From contig OZ245002.1 of the NCBI GenBank assembly GCA_965223415.1, positions 3,200,001 to 3,264,000 on the forward strand: 64,000 nt of DNA. The letters run 5' to 3'. Shown piece after piece: positions 1 through 9,512 of this stretch (position 1 is the first letter of the stretch; every line of letters begins with the position of its first letter). The notes beneath the pieces are model-generated. The model did not search any database. It was not told the DNA's origin and saw only the letters and a list, made by a program, of their open reading frames with translations. The DNA is from Myxococcota bacterium (lineage in GTDB: Bacteria > Myxococcota_A > UBA9160 > UBA6930). Made by a program: the position numbers and the translations under genes.

Positions 1-137
1 GTGCCGCTGGCGGCGGCGATCTCCTCGAGGCTCGTGTCCTGGTAGCCCTTCGACCCGAAGATCCGGCACGCGCTCTCGAGCACGGCGCTGCGGGTCTCCG
101 CTCGGCGCTCGGCCTGGGTGCGACGCGCCGGGCTCAT
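1..137 (-). CDS. TetR/AcrR family transcriptional regulator (5' part; runs off window)
   Basis: Manual translation MSPARRTQAERRAETRSAVLESACRIFGSKGYQDTSLEEIAAASG is a TetR N-terminal HTH start; ATG overlaps the upstream stop (ATGA). Confidence 0.85.
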   Translation of the reverse strand, partial: MSPARRTQAERRAETRSAVLESACRIFGSKGYQDTSLEEIAAASG

Positions 138-700
138 CGGGGGCTCCGCGCCGCGAGCGTCGCGAGGTCCGTCTCGTGGACGAGGCGGCCGGGTTCGGCT
201 TCCGAGAGGAAGGCCGCGACACCGTCGAAGTAGGGGCGGGTGAGCGCGTTCCATTCGATCAGCTCGCAGACCAGGCCCGGGATCCGGCGGCTCTCGACGT
301 AGGACATGCGAGCCACCCCGGGAACGCCCGCGTCGACGATCGCCTCGAAGCCCGTCGCGAGCGCGTGGGCGTAGGCGGCGTCGAAGTCCTCGACCCAGAA
401 GCCGTAGTGGTGCGGACCCTGGAGTCCGCGGTCGATCGCCTCGCGATACATCGAGGGGGTCTCGCCCAGGGGCTCGATCAGCTCGAGCTGGACGTCGCCC
501 AGGTAGGCGAAGCCCAGGTTCAGCGTGACGCCGTGGCTGGGCTCCCCTCGGAAGCGCGAGCCTTCCAGCGGGCGCACCTCGCGAAGGACGGCGAAGGGTC
601 CGGCGCCGAGCTGCTCGCTCCACGTCTTCGTGGCCTCGTCCACCGACGGAACCACGTAGGCCACCTGCCGGATCGGCCCGAAGATCCCATCGGGGCTCAT
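134..700 (-). CDS. VOC/glyoxalase-like family protein
   Basis: IRQVAYVV, QLELIEP and GPHHYGFWV motifs of methylmalonyl-CoA-epimerase-like VOC proteins; start at ATGA overlap with the upstream gene. Confidence 0.85.
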   Translation of the reverse strand: MSPDGIFGPIRQVAYVVPSVDEATKTWSEQLGAGPFAVLREVRPLEGSRFRGEPSHGVTLNLGFAYLGDVQLELIEPLGETPSMYREAIDRGLQGPHHYGFWVEDFDAAYAHALATGFEAIVDAGVPGVARMSYVESRRIPGLVCELIEWNALTRPYFDGVAAFLSEAEPGRLVHETDLATLAARSPR

Positions 701-1104
701 CGCGCCGCTCCGCCCTGCGGCTCCAGGAAGCGCACCGGGAAGGGGAGGGTCTTCAGGCCCATGTCCGTGTGACAGAAGCTCTGCTCGGTCTTCAGGCCCC
801 AACCGAGGGCGCGGTCGAAGGCAATGTGGGCGGCCCAGAGGAGAGCGGCCTGACCCGCCGCCGGCACGCCGCCCAGCACGGCCAGCGCGCCGAGCAGCAC
901 CGGCCAGAGGTAGAAGTGGGCGAGGTTGTAGGCGGCGCCGCCGACCCGCGGGCCCACCCCGTAGAGCAGGATCGACAGATCCGGCAGGAAGAAGCAGGCG
1001 GCGAAGATCCCCCAGGAGAAGCCGAGGTGACCGTAGGCTGCGACGGCCGCCAGGAGCAGGGCGGCCGCTTCCAGGCGACGTTGTGCGATGGGGTCGAGGG
1101 GCAT
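697..1104 (-). CDS. DUF4260-like membrane protein
   Basis: RLE..., FFLPDLS, AYNLAH, WAAHIAFDRALGWGLK and FCHTDMG match the DUF4260 pattern; GGAG RBS upstream. Confidence 0.8.
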   Translation of the reverse strand: MPLDPIAQRRLEAAALLLAAVAAYGHLGFSWGIFAACFFLPDLSILLYGVGPRVGGAAYNLAHFYLWPVLLGALAVLGGVPAAGQAALLWAAHIAFDRALGWGLKTEQSFCHTDMGLKTLPFPVRFLEPQGGAAR

Positions 1105-1134
1105 GGGCTCTCCTTGCTCAACAAATGACATGCT

Positions 1135-1164
1135 GCTACATATCATATGCAATGGAGCTACACA
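1135..1164. promoter_or_regulatory. Putative TetR operator/promoter, copy 1
   Basis: GCTACATATCATATGCAATGGAGCTACACA, 27/30 identical to 4065-4094; minus-strand TATGAT -10-like hexamer. Confidence 0.65.
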
Positions 1165-1228
1165 AGTTCGAGGAGGCCGCCGCAGAGGAGGCCCGGGCGG
1201 GCGCGGCCCCCGGCTCCGGGTTCCCGCC

Positions 1229-2071
1229 GTGACCTACACGTGGGACGACATCGGTCTGTGCTGCGGGTCGATCGCCCGGGCCGGCTTCCGCGAGCTCGCG
1301 GAGGCGGCCTCGGGGGCGGGCTTTCGCGGGATCACGCTGTGGCCCGTCCAGTTCGAGCGCGCTCTCGCGGACGGGCTCGAGGTGCGCGACCTGCGCCGGA
1401 TCCTCGCTGACAACGGGCTCGTGGTCACCGAGATCGACCCCCTCGTCTCGTGGCTGCCGGGCGACCCCGGCGAGCTGGCCGGCCCCTTCGCAGCCTACGA
1501 CGAGTCGACCTTCTACCGGATGGCCGACGCCCTCGGCGCCCGCAGCCTCAACGCGATTCGGGCAGGCAGGGAGCCGGTCCCGCGCGACGCCCTGGTCGAC
1601 GCCCTCGGATCCCTGTGCGAGCGGGCCGAGGCCCACGGCCTGATCGTGTCCTTCGAGTTCATGCCCTGGTCGCCGGTGGCGAGCCTGGAGGCTGCGCTCG
1701 AGCTGGTGCGCGCCACCGGCAAGGCCGACTGCGGAGTGAACGTGGACACCTGGCACCATTTCCGAAGCGGCGGCACCGTGGAGGCGTTGGCCGCGCTGGA
1801 CCCCGCCACCGTGGCGGCGCTTCAGCTCAACGACGTCGCCCCCGAGCCGTGGGACGACGTGCTGGCGGAGACCGCCACCGGCCGACGACTTCCCGGTGAG
1901 GGCGCGAGCGACACCGTGGCGGTGCTCGAGGCCCTGGCGGGCGCGGGGGTTCGCGCGCCGATCAACGTGGAGGTGTTCTCGGCGGAGCTGCAACGTCTCT
2001 CCGACGCCGAGGCCGCGCGGCGGATCGCCGCCAGCACGCGGAGCGTGCTGGCCCGGCTCGACGGGGCCTAG
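1229..2071 (+). CDS. Sugar phosphate isomerase/epimerase (AP endonuclease 2 TIM barrel)
   Basis: SFEFMPWS, VNVDTWH, LQLND, RRLPGEG and NVEVFS metal-binding motifs; GTG start chosen. Confidence 0.85.
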   Translation: MTYTWDDIGLCCGSIARAGFRELAEAASGAGFRGITLWPVQFERALADGLEVRDLRRILADNGLVVTEIDPLVSWLPGDPGELAGPFAAYDESTFYRMADALGARSLNAIRAGREPVPRDALVDALGSLCERAEAHGLIVSFEFMPWSPVASLEAALELVRATGKADCGVNVDTWHHFRSGGTVEALAALDPATVAALQLNDVAPEPWDDVLAETATGRRLPGEGASDTVAVLEALAGAGVRAPINVEVFSAELQRLSDAEAARRIAASTRSVLARLDGA

Positions 2072-2832
2072 AACGCATCGGGTCGAACGGCCGCGTCGGT
2101 GCCACCGTCGGCCCACAGCACGCTGCCGTGCACGTAGGCTGCGGCCGCACTCAGCAGGAAGCCGATCACGCCGGCGATTTCGTCGGGCGCGGCGGGGCGA
2201 CCGAGGGGAATCGGGATCTGGTCAACGAAGCGGCCCATGGCAGGATCGTCGACCACGCCCTGGTAGAGCGGCGTCAGGGTCTGGCCCGGCACGACGGCGT
2301 TGAGGCGGACACCGGCTGCGCCCCAGCTGGGGGCGCGGTGCCGGACCGCGCGGACCACCGCGTGCTTCGAGAGCCGGTAGCCCGTCGCGCCGTCGTCGTC
2401 GGCGATCCCCGCTCGGGCGGCCGCCTCGTCATGGGCGAGCAGGGACGAGACCACGGGGTCGTCCGGATCCACGCCGAACTGGGAGGCGTTCGAGGAGACC
2501 GCGACGGCGGCCGCCCCGGGGCGGCCGACCATGGCGGCCCGCAGGCCGTCGAGCAGGTCGACCGTGCCGAAGTAGTTGACGGCGAGCACCTGCGGCCCGT
2601 CGGGAACGTGCCCGCCCAGGCCGGCGGCGAGTACCAGGGCATCGATGGCTTCGCCGGACTGCGTGAGCGCCTCCGTCACCGCCTGCTCCCGGCCCGCCCG
2701 CGTCGACAGGTCGGCGGGAATCTCGACCTCCTCCAGGTCGATGCCGAGAACCCGCTCGCCCCGCGCTTCGAGGTGCTCGCGCGCCGCCCGGCCGATGCCC
2801 GAGGCGGCTCCCGTGACGACGGCGGTACCCAT
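2068..2832 (-). CDS. SDR oxidoreductase, 3-alpha-hydroxysteroid dehydrogenase/carbonyl reductase-like
   Basis: TGAASGIG, ADLS, VNYFG, YRLSK, YVHGSVLWADGGTDA and C-terminal RPDAF resemble the HsdA-type SDR subgroup. Confidence 0.85.
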   Translation of the reverse strand: MGTAVVTGAASGIGRAAREHLEARGERVLGIDLEEVEIPADLSTRAGREQAVTEALTQSGEAIDALVLAAGLGGHVPDGPQVLAVNYFGTVDLLDGLRAAMVGRPGAAAVAVSSNASQFGVDPDDPVVSSLLAHDEAAARAGIADDDGATGYRLSKHAVVRAVRHRAPSWGAAGVRLNAVVPGQTLTPLYQGVVDDPAMGRFVDQIPIPLGRPAAPDEIAGVIGFLLSAAAAYVHGSVLWADGGTDAAVRPDAF

Positions 2833-2848
2833 CCCCGTCCCTTCCGTC

Positions 2849-4036
2849 CTAGTCGTTCTCCGGACAGCGCACGCCGTCCGGATGTTCGATCAGCGACACA
2901 CAGCGGTTGCAGTGGGTGCAGCCGCTGTCGTACTGCGCGTCGGCCATGGCCTTGCGGACGAAGTCCGGGGCCTTGATCAGCGGGCGTCCGAGCTGCACGA
3001 AGTCGAAGCCGGCGCCGATGGCCCGGTCGAGGCTCTCGCGGGTGGAGCAGCCGCCGATGTAGACGACGGAGCAGCCCACTGCGTCCCGGACACGCTGCGC
3101 GCGCTCGAGGAAGTACAGCTCCTCGTAGGGGTACTCGCGGAACATCTTCGGCCCGACGATCCTCAGGCCGAGCTTCGCGATGGGGTTCTGCTCCACCTCG
3201 ATCATGCCGTGCACGATGCTCTCGCCCCGGAACATCAGCATGGGGTTGAAGCTGCTGGTGCCGCCGCTGGTCACCAGCGCGTCGACGCCGGCGGCGTCGA
3301 GCGCCCGCGCCACCGCGAGGCCCTCCTCCCAGCTCATGCCGCCCTTCACCCCGTCGCACATGCTGATCTTGCCCAGGATCGGGAAGTCGTCGCCGACGGC
3401 ACTCCGCACGGCGTCGAGCACGCGTAGAGGAAGGCGCAGCCGGTTGTCGAGGCTTCCCCCGTATTCGTCGGTGCGGCGGTTCGTGCGCGGACTCAGGAAC
3501 TGGGAGAGGGCGTATCCGTGGCCGAAGTGGATCTCCGCCGCATCGAAGCCGGTGCGAAGCATGAGGCGCGCCGCCTCCGCATAGGTCTCCACCAGGTGGT
3601 CGATGTCGGCAAGCGTCATCGCCCCGCTGACGGGCAGGCCGGCCGGCGCGCCGAGCATGTTGAAGCGACGCGAGGGCCCGAGCGGCCGCTTCAGCCGCTG
3701 CAGCTTCCGGTTCTTCGAGAACCCTCCGCAGTGGGTCATCTGGCCGGACACCCGGGCGCCGGCGGCGTGGATCGCGCGGGTGAACTCCTTCAGCTGCGGC
3801 TCGATCCCCGGGTGCAGGTACATCATGTCGGAGTTGATGCGCCCGTCGGCCTCGGTGGTGCAGTAGGCCAGGGTGGTCATGGCCACCCCGCCCTCGGCGA
3901 CCCGCTGGTGGAAGCGCAGCAGCGGCTCGCCGGGCACCCCGCCCGGCGACAGACCCTCGTAGGTGGCGGCCTTGATGACCCGGTTCTTCAGCTCGAGGGT
4001 GCCCAGCCGGGCCGGGGTGAAGGCGGGATGGTCCAT
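2849..4036 (-). CDS. NADH:flavin oxidoreductase (old yellow enzyme family)
   Basis: LKNRVIKAAT, EIHFGHGYALSQFLSP, NRRTDEYGGSLDNR and CTHCNRC motifs. Confidence 0.9.
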   Translation of the reverse strand: MDHPAFTPARLGTLELKNRVIKAATYEGLSPGGVPGEPLLRFHQRVAEGGVAMTTLAYCTTEADGRINSDMMYLHPGIEPQLKEFTRAIHAAGARVSGQMTHCGGFSKNRKLQRLKRPLGPSRRFNMLGAPAGLPVSGAMTLADIDHLVETYAEAARLMLRTGFDAAEIHFGHGYALSQFLSPRTNRRTDEYGGSLDNRLRLPLRVLDAVRSAVGDDFPILGKISMCDGVKGGMSWEEGLAVARALDAAGVDALVTSGGTSSFNPMLMFRGESIVHGMIEVEQNPIAKLGLRIVGPKMFREYPYEELYFLERAQRVRDAVGCSVVYIGGCSTRESLDRAIGAGFDFVQLGRPLIKAPDFVRKAMADAQYDSGCTHCNRCVSLIEHPDGVRCPEND

Positions 4037-4064
4037 GGGGTCTCCGGACAAGTGGCGTAAGATG

Positions 4065-4100
4065 GCTACATATCTTATGTAGTGGAGCTACACATGTCAA
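4065..4100 (-). promoter_or_regulatory. Sigma70 promoter with overlapping palindromic operator (copy 2)
   Basis: Minus strand TTGACA(4100-4095)-N17-TAAGAT(4077-4072); perfect inverted repeat CTACATA-tct-TATGTAG (4066-4082) covers the -10. Confidence 0.8.
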
Positions 4101-4104
4101 CTCG

Positions 4105-5421
4105 TCAGAAGGACCATCGGGCGTTGAAGATCAGCCGATCGTTGCGCCCCCAGGCGTCGAGCGGCGGCTCCTCGCCGGTCTGGTAGAGCAGGATTCCCAC
4201 CCCGATGCGGAGGGCGTCGCGCAGGTCGTAGCTCAGGTCCAGGCGAAGGATCGATCCCTCGCCCCCGTTCCAGCCGAGCAGGAAGGCGAGGCCGGTCAGG
4301 TGGAGCGTGTCGTTCCAGAAGTTACGGGTCACGCGCAGGGCGATCTGCTGGGCGTCCCCCCGCACGCCGGGGGGCGCGTCGAAGACGTGCCGGTTCACGA
4401 CTTCGAGCACGACCGTGGTGTCGATCCATCCGTAGTACTCGGCGCCGAGCAGGGCGTCGAAGCGGGCCTTCTCGTCCCGCGTGCCCGCGAAGCCCAGGCC
4501 GTCCAGCCAGGCGAGCTCGGTCTTGAAGAGCCAGCTTCCGCGGGTCAGGTTGCTGCCCGCGCCCACCATCCACAGGCGGTCGTGCACCAGGTGCGCGCCG
4601 TCGTCCGCCAGCCGCGGTGTGTCGTCCCAGAAGCGGGCCGCGTGGAAGGAGACGTCCCAGCCGCTGAAGGTGCCGACCAGGGCGGTGCCGAGCTCCAGGT
4701 CCCCGAAGCCCGAGGGCTGGCGCTCCGGTGGCGCGGCGCTCCCGGCAAAGAAGTCGCTTCCCACCACCGGGCTGGCGTCGAAGCGGATCTCCGGGATCGC
4801 CACACCGGTCCACGTCCACGCGTCCCGGAACACGTCGACGCGCAGCATGCCGGAGGGGCGGCGCAGGTCCTCCAGGTCGACCCGCCCGGGCTCGCGGTTG
4901 TCGAGGGGGTTGAGCACGTCGAGGACGCGGAGGGTCTCGGAGCCTCCCCAGACGACGACCTGACGGCCGACCTTCAGGTCCAGGTTGCGGGCGAGCCTGC
5001 CCGCGATCCACGCCTCCCCGAGCTCGGCATCGAGCTCGTAGGTGTTGCGAACCTCCCGGGTGTAGGCGTCGCGATCGCGCAGGCGGTAGGCTGCGTCCCA
5101 GAAGCCCCAGCCCTCGAGGCGGAGCTTCCAGTCGTCGCGGGGCTCCAGGTCGAGCTGGAGGTTCAACCGGTTGCGGAGGCGCTGGAGTCCCCGGTAGTCG
5201 GTGCCGGTGGCGGAGCGATGGGAGCGCAGGTTCCACGAGCCCGAGAGCTCGTAGCTGCCCGAGAGGTCCCACCAGCGCTCGCCGGGCTCGCTCGCGGCCT
5301 CGCGGATCTCGAAGCTCTGGTCCTCTTCGTCGAAGCCGCCGAGCACGTCGTCCAGATCGTCCCGAGCGCCGGCCGGCGCCGCGAGGAAGAGCAGGACGAG
5401 GGCCGCGCGTCGCGCCCTCAA
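4105..5421 (-). CDS. DUF1302-like outer-membrane beta-barrel protein
   Basis: Signal peptide, KVGRQVVVWG, LDVLNPLD, amphipathic beta strands and C-terminal aromatic WSF; TTG start overlaps the upstream stop. Confidence 0.75.
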   Translation of the reverse strand: MRARRAALVLLFLAAPAGARDDLDDVLGGFDEEDQSFEIREAASEPGERWWDLSGSYELSGSWNLRSHRSATGTDYRGLQRLRNRLNLQLDLEPRDDWKLRLEGWGFWDAAYRLRDRDAYTREVRNTYELDAELGEAWIAGRLARNLDLKVGRQVVVWGGSETLRVLDVLNPLDNREPGRVDLEDLRRPSGMLRVDVFRDAWTWTGVAIPEIRFDASPVVGSDFFAGSAAPPERQPSGFGDLELGTALVGTFSGWDVSFHAARFWDDTPRLADDGAHLVHDRLWMVGAGSNLTRGSWLFKTELAWLDGLGFAGTRDEKARFDALLGAEYYGWIDTTVVLEVVNRHVFDAPPGVRGDAQQIALRVTRNFWNDTLHLTGLAFLLGWNGGEGSILRLDLSYDLRDALRIGVGILLYQTGEEPPLDAWGRNDRLIFNARWSF

Positions 5422-6206
5422 GGCCCCTTCTCGAGCTGGCGGAGGGTGAAGAGCTCCGGATCCAGATCCTGGCCGAAGCGCACGTCCTTGGCGCGCAGGA
5501 CGGTCTTGTGCTGGGTCTTCTTGCCCTTCTTCGTGGTCATCGTCATCTCGGTGGCGACCCAGATGCCGTCGATCCGTTCGAGGGATTCCACCTCGAAGTA
5601 CTTGAGGCGCTTGCCCTTCTTCACCCAGTAGACCGCGCGCACCACGACGTCGTTGTCCTTGCGCACGAAGGCCACGCTCTTCTCGTAGCCGGTCTCCCGC
5701 TTCTCGCGCTCGGTGATCGGCACCGACTCGACCTGCCAGACCGGGTGGCCGTCGACCTCGTCCTCTCCCAGCAGGCGGTACTCGTAGGCGTCGAGGGGCC
5801 GGTCGGTCATGTCCGCGTAGCTGAAGTCCGAGCCCATGAAGGCGCCGCTCTTGTCCGACGAGGCCAGCCGCTTGGTCCGGTTCAGCGCCGGCAGGTAGAG
5901 CCACTGGTCGTCGTCGCGCTCCGGGTCGTCGTAGTCGTAGGTGAGGAAGCCCGTGTCCTCGACGTCTGCCGGGGAGAGGAAGAAGAGGATCGATTGCTCG
6001 TCCTCGCCCACGTCCCGGCCGTAGGAGCGGAGCTGGCGAACGCGCTGGCCGCCGCGCTTGTCGATCAGAATCATCTCCATGATCTGGGTCGAGTGGTCGC
6101 CGTCGTCGCGAGCGTCCACCGCTTCCATGATCGCCCGGGCCGTGGGAGCCTCCGCGAGCGCCGGGGCGGCGAACAGGAGCAGGAGGGGGGCCAGGCAGGT
6201 GCGCAT
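5418..6206 (-). CDS. Outer membrane lipoprotein-sorting (LolA-like) periplasmic protein
   Basis: Signal peptide; FLSPADV, DDQWLYLPAL, FMGSDFSYAD and LFTLRQL motifs. Confidence 0.85.
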   Translation of the reverse strand: MRTCLAPLLLLFAAPALAEAPTARAIMEAVDARDDGDHSTQIMEMILIDKRGGQRVRQLRSYGRDVGEDEQSILFFLSPADVEDTGFLTYDYDDPERDDDQWLYLPALNRTKRLASSDKSGAFMGSDFSYADMTDRPLDAYEYRLLGEDEVDGHPVWQVESVPITEREKRETGYEKSVAFVRKDNDVVVRAVYWVKKGKRLKYFEVESLERIDGIWVATEMTMTTKKGKKTQHKTVLRAKDVRFGQDLDPELFTLRQLEKGP

Positions 6207-8663
6207 CTAGGCGGCCTCCCTCAGCGCCTCGGCCGGCTGCCGCCGGCTCGCGCCTTCGGGACCGAAGGGCTTCAGGGTCAGCACCAGCGCCGGCATGAGC
6301 AGGAAATCGGCGATCAGCGCGATGACGATCGTCGTCGCCAGCAGGACGCCGAACATGGCCTGGCTCGCCAGCAACGAGAAGAGCAGCACGAGGAAGCCGC
6401 AGACCAGCGCGGTGGAGGTGATGATGAGCGCGCGGCCTACGTCCTGCATCGCCGCCAGGAGCGCCTGCTCGTAGTCGCCGCAGCGCCGGAACTCGTGGCG
6501 GTAGCGCGAGACCAGATGGATCGTGTCGTCCACGGCGATCCCGATCGCGATCGCGGCGATCGAGAGTTTGCTGTAGTCGAGTTCGATGCCGAGCCAGCCC
6601 ATGGCGCCCAGGGTGAGCGCTACCGGCGCCAGGTTCGGGACCATCGAGATCAGGCCGGTCCCGAGGGAGCGGAAGACGCCGACCATCATCAAGGCGATTA
6701 CGCCGAAGGCCATCAGGAAGCCCTGGATCTGGCTCGAGACGATGTAGCTGAGGAGCTTGAGCCAGAGCGCGCCGATGCCGGTCATGCTCACGCTCGCGGC
6801 GGCGAGAGGCTCCGCGGCGAGCGCTTCGTCGATCTTCGCCACCAGCTCCGCCGTGTCGCTGGTCATGGCGAGCTTCAGCCGCAGCTCGAGGCTCGCACGG
6901 CGGTAGTCGCTGGACACGTACTCCTCCGCCTGCTCGCCGCCGGACATCTCGTAGAGCAGGAGGTACTGGGCGACCAGCTCGCGGCTCTCGGGGAGCCGGT
7001 ACCAGGCCGGGTCGCCGTCGTGGAAGGCCTGGTTCAGGTCCTTCAGGACGTCCACGAGCGAGTAGCCCTTGCGGACGAGCCAGTCCTCCCGCTCGGCGAT
7101 CTGCTGGACGCGCTCCATCTCCCGGAGCACCGCCGGCTCCTTGATGCCCTCCGGCTCGCCGGAATCGAACAGGTAGATGACGTTGGTGACGCCGCCCATC
7201 ACCTCGTCGACCCGCAGGGTCGTGGCCTTCAGCGGGAGCCGGTCCGAGAAGTCGTTCAGCCAGTTCGAGTCGACGACGATCCGGGCCATGCCGGCGCCGG
7301 AGACGAGGAAGACCAGTGCCGAGGCCGCGAGGATGGCCCTGCGATGGCGCACGTCGAAGGCGGCGACGCCTGCCAGGACGCGCCGCAGGCGCTCGCCGCC
7401 CTTGTCCGTCCCCTCGGCCGGGGCCGGCCCCCGGGGCGTGCGCCGGCCGAAGGACAGCAGCGCCATCAGCAGGGTGAGCGACATGACGAAGGCCGCCAGC
7501 ACGCCGAAGGCGTTGTAGACACCGGAGTGGGCGATGCTCTTGATGGGCACGAAGCTCATCGAGGCGAAGCCCGCTGCCGTCGTGAGGCTCGTCAGCAGGC
7601 ACGGCGTCCCCACCAGGTAGAGCGTCTGCACCAGGGCCTCGCGCCGATCGCGCAGGGTCCGGAACCGCCCCCCGAACTCGGAGAGGACGTGCACCGAGTG
7701 GGCGACGCCGATGGCCGTGAGCAGGGTGGGCGCCTGGCCGAAGCTCATGTCGAGCTTCCAGCCGAGGAGCACCACGAAGGCGACCGTCAGGATCACGCTC
7801 ACCTGGACGACGACCAGCGGCGCCAGGGTGCCGACGAAGGAGCGGAAGAAGAAGAGCAGCAGCAGCCCGATGACCAGCGAGGTGATCAGGTCGAGGGTGG
7901 CGCTCTCTCCTCCGATGATCTCGTTGTACGCCGTGTTCAACGGGACGTCGCCGGAGTGGTGGAAGACGATGCCGGCGTACTCGGGCCGGGACAGGATCTT
8001 CTCGATGACCGCGTTCGTCGCCTGGGGGTAGAGGTTCGGCAGCGCGTCGCCGGCTTCCGGGTCGAGGCGGATCTCCTCCAGCGGATCCGTGCTGGAGCGG
8101 TCCATCTCGAGGATCAGTGCCCCGTGGGTCGCGTCCTCGCTCAGGATGCCGCCGACGAGCATCGGCTTGGCGAGGTAGGCCTCGCGCAGCGCGAGGAGCT
8201 CCTCCTGGGTCTCCGGGAAGTCGTCCTGGAGCTTGCGGATCTCGATGCCGTCACCGCTCCCGGTCGTGAGCTCCGCGTTGGTGAGGCTCTTCACCTCGTA
8301 GAGAAAGGGCACCTCATCCTCGAGGGCGCTGGTGAGGGCGTCGATCTTGCGCATCACCTCGAGGTTCCACGGGCCGTGGGGGATGCCCGGTGCCTCGTAG
8401 AGGACGTAGGAGACCTCGTCCGATCCGAAATCCTCCCGGTACTGCTCGTAGGCGAGGTAGGCCGGGTCGGCGGGATCGAAGTAGGCCTCGTAGCTGTTGT
8501 CGATGCGGGCGCGTCCCGCCAGCACCAAGGCGCAGGCCACGAGTGCCACCGACACGGCGAGCACGACCCAGCGATGATCGAAGCTCCAGCCGGCGATGGC
8601 GGCGAAGGCCCGGTTGAGGCGGGTGACGAGGTCGTGATCGGAACCGGGAGGCAGGGACCGCAT
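6207..8663 (-). CDS. MMPL/RND family transporter
   Basis: Two repeats of periplasmic loop plus TM bundle; GIAVDDTIH, LTSLTTAAGF and LLMPAL motifs. Confidence 0.9.
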   Translation of the reverse strand: MRSLPPGSDHDLVTRLNRAFAAIAGWSFDHRWVVLAVSVALVACALVLAGRARIDNSYEAYFDPADPAYLAYEQYREDFGSDEVSYVLYEAPGIPHGPWNLEVMRKIDALTSALEDEVPFLYEVKSLTNAELTTGSGDGIEIRKLQDDFPETQEELLALREAYLAKPMLVGGILSEDATHGALILEMDRSSTDPLEEIRLDPEAGDALPNLYPQATNAVIEKILSRPEYAGIVFHHSGDVPLNTAYNEIIGGESATLDLITSLVIGLLLLFFFRSFVGTLAPLVVVQVSVILTVAFVVLLGWKLDMSFGQAPTLLTAIGVAHSVHVLSEFGGRFRTLRDRREALVQTLYLVGTPCLLTSLTTAAGFASMSFVPIKSIAHSGVYNAFGVLAAFVMSLTLLMALLSFGRRTPRGPAPAEGTDKGGERLRRVLAGVAAFDVRHRRAILAASALVFLVSGAGMARIVVDSNWLNDFSDRLPLKATTLRVDEVMGGVTNVIYLFDSGEPEGIKEPAVLREMERVQQIAEREDWLVRKGYSLVDVLKDLNQAFHDGDPAWYRLPESRELVAQYLLLYEMSGGEQAEEYVSSDYRRASLELRLKLAMTSDTAELVAKIDEALAAEPLAAASVSMTGIGALWLKLLSYIVSSQIQGFLMAFGVIALMMVGVFRSLGTGLISMVPNLAPVALTLGAMGWLGIELDYSKLSIAAIAIGIAVDDTIHLVSRYRHEFRRCGDYEQALLAAMQDVGRALIITSTALVCGFLVLLFSLLASQAMFGVLLATTIVIALIADFLLMPALVLTLKPFGPEGASRRQPAEALREAA

Positions 8664-8666
8664 GGC

Positions 8667-9512
8667 TCAGGCCGGAGCCTCTCCTTCGATCGTCACCCGG
8701 TGGATCGTACGGGGTGCGTCGCCGTAGTCGGCGATGGCGTAGTGGTGGGTCGCGCGGTTGTCCCAGACCGCGACGTCCCCCTGCTGCCAGCGCCAGCGGC
8801 ACTGGAACTCGGGCTGGTCCTGGTGCCGGAACAGGTAGGCCATCACCGCGTCCGCCTCGGCCGGCGGCAGGCCCTCGATGCGGGCGGTGAAGGTCGGGTT
8901 CACGAAGAGGATCTTCCTGCCGGTCACCGGGTGGGTGCGCACGACCGGGTGGGCGGCGCGGGGCAGGGCGCTCATGTCCGGCATCGCGCCGCCCGGCGCC
9001 TTCGCCTGCTGGGAGCGCTCCCGTACGACGTTGCGCACCGTTCCCTCCAGGTCGTGGACGGCCGAAAGGCCCTTCAGGTAGCTCTTCATGCGATCCGAGA
9101 GCGTGTCGTAGGCGGCGGTCATGTCGGCCCACATGGTGTCGCCGCCGAACTCGGGACACACCTTCATGTAGAGCACCGAGCCCATCGGCGGCTTGGGCGA
9201 GATGGAGACGTCGGAGTGCCAGAGGTTGGCGCGTCCGCCTTCCTGCCCGTCGAGGGCCACGATCTCCGGGTGGTCCGGGAGCGTCGGCAGGTACGCCGGA
9301 TGGTCCGTGAACACCGGGCCGAGCCCGGCGCTGAAGGCGATCTGCTGCTCGGGTGTCAGCTCCTGGCCCCGGAAGAAGATCACCTTGTGGGCGAAGAGCG
9401 CGTCCAGCACCGCTCCCGTCGTCGGCTCGTCAAGGGGCCGCGAGAGGTCGAGCCCGCGGATCTCGGCACCGAGGGCGCCGGCGACGGGGTGGACGTCGAA
9501 GGTCGTGCTCAC
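8667..9512 (-). CDS. TauD/TfdA family 2-oxoglutarate/Fe(II) dioxygenase
   Basis: WHSD (HxD), GGDTMWA, HPVVRTHP and WDNRATHHYA motifs. Confidence 0.92.
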   Translation of the reverse strand: MSTTFDVHPVAGALGAEIRGLDLSRPLDEPTTGAVLDALFAHKVIFFRGQELTPEQQIAFSAGLGPVFTDHPAYLPTLPDHPEIVALDGQEGGRANLWHSDVSISPKPPMGSVLYMKVCPEFGGDTMWADMTAAYDTLSDRMKSYLKGLSAVHDLEGTVRNVVRERSQQAKAPGGAMPDMSALPRAAHPVVRTHPVTGRKILFVNPTFTARIEGLPPAEADAVMAYLFRHQDQPEFQCRWRWQQGDVAVWDNRATHHYAIADYGDAPRTIHRVTIEGEAPA

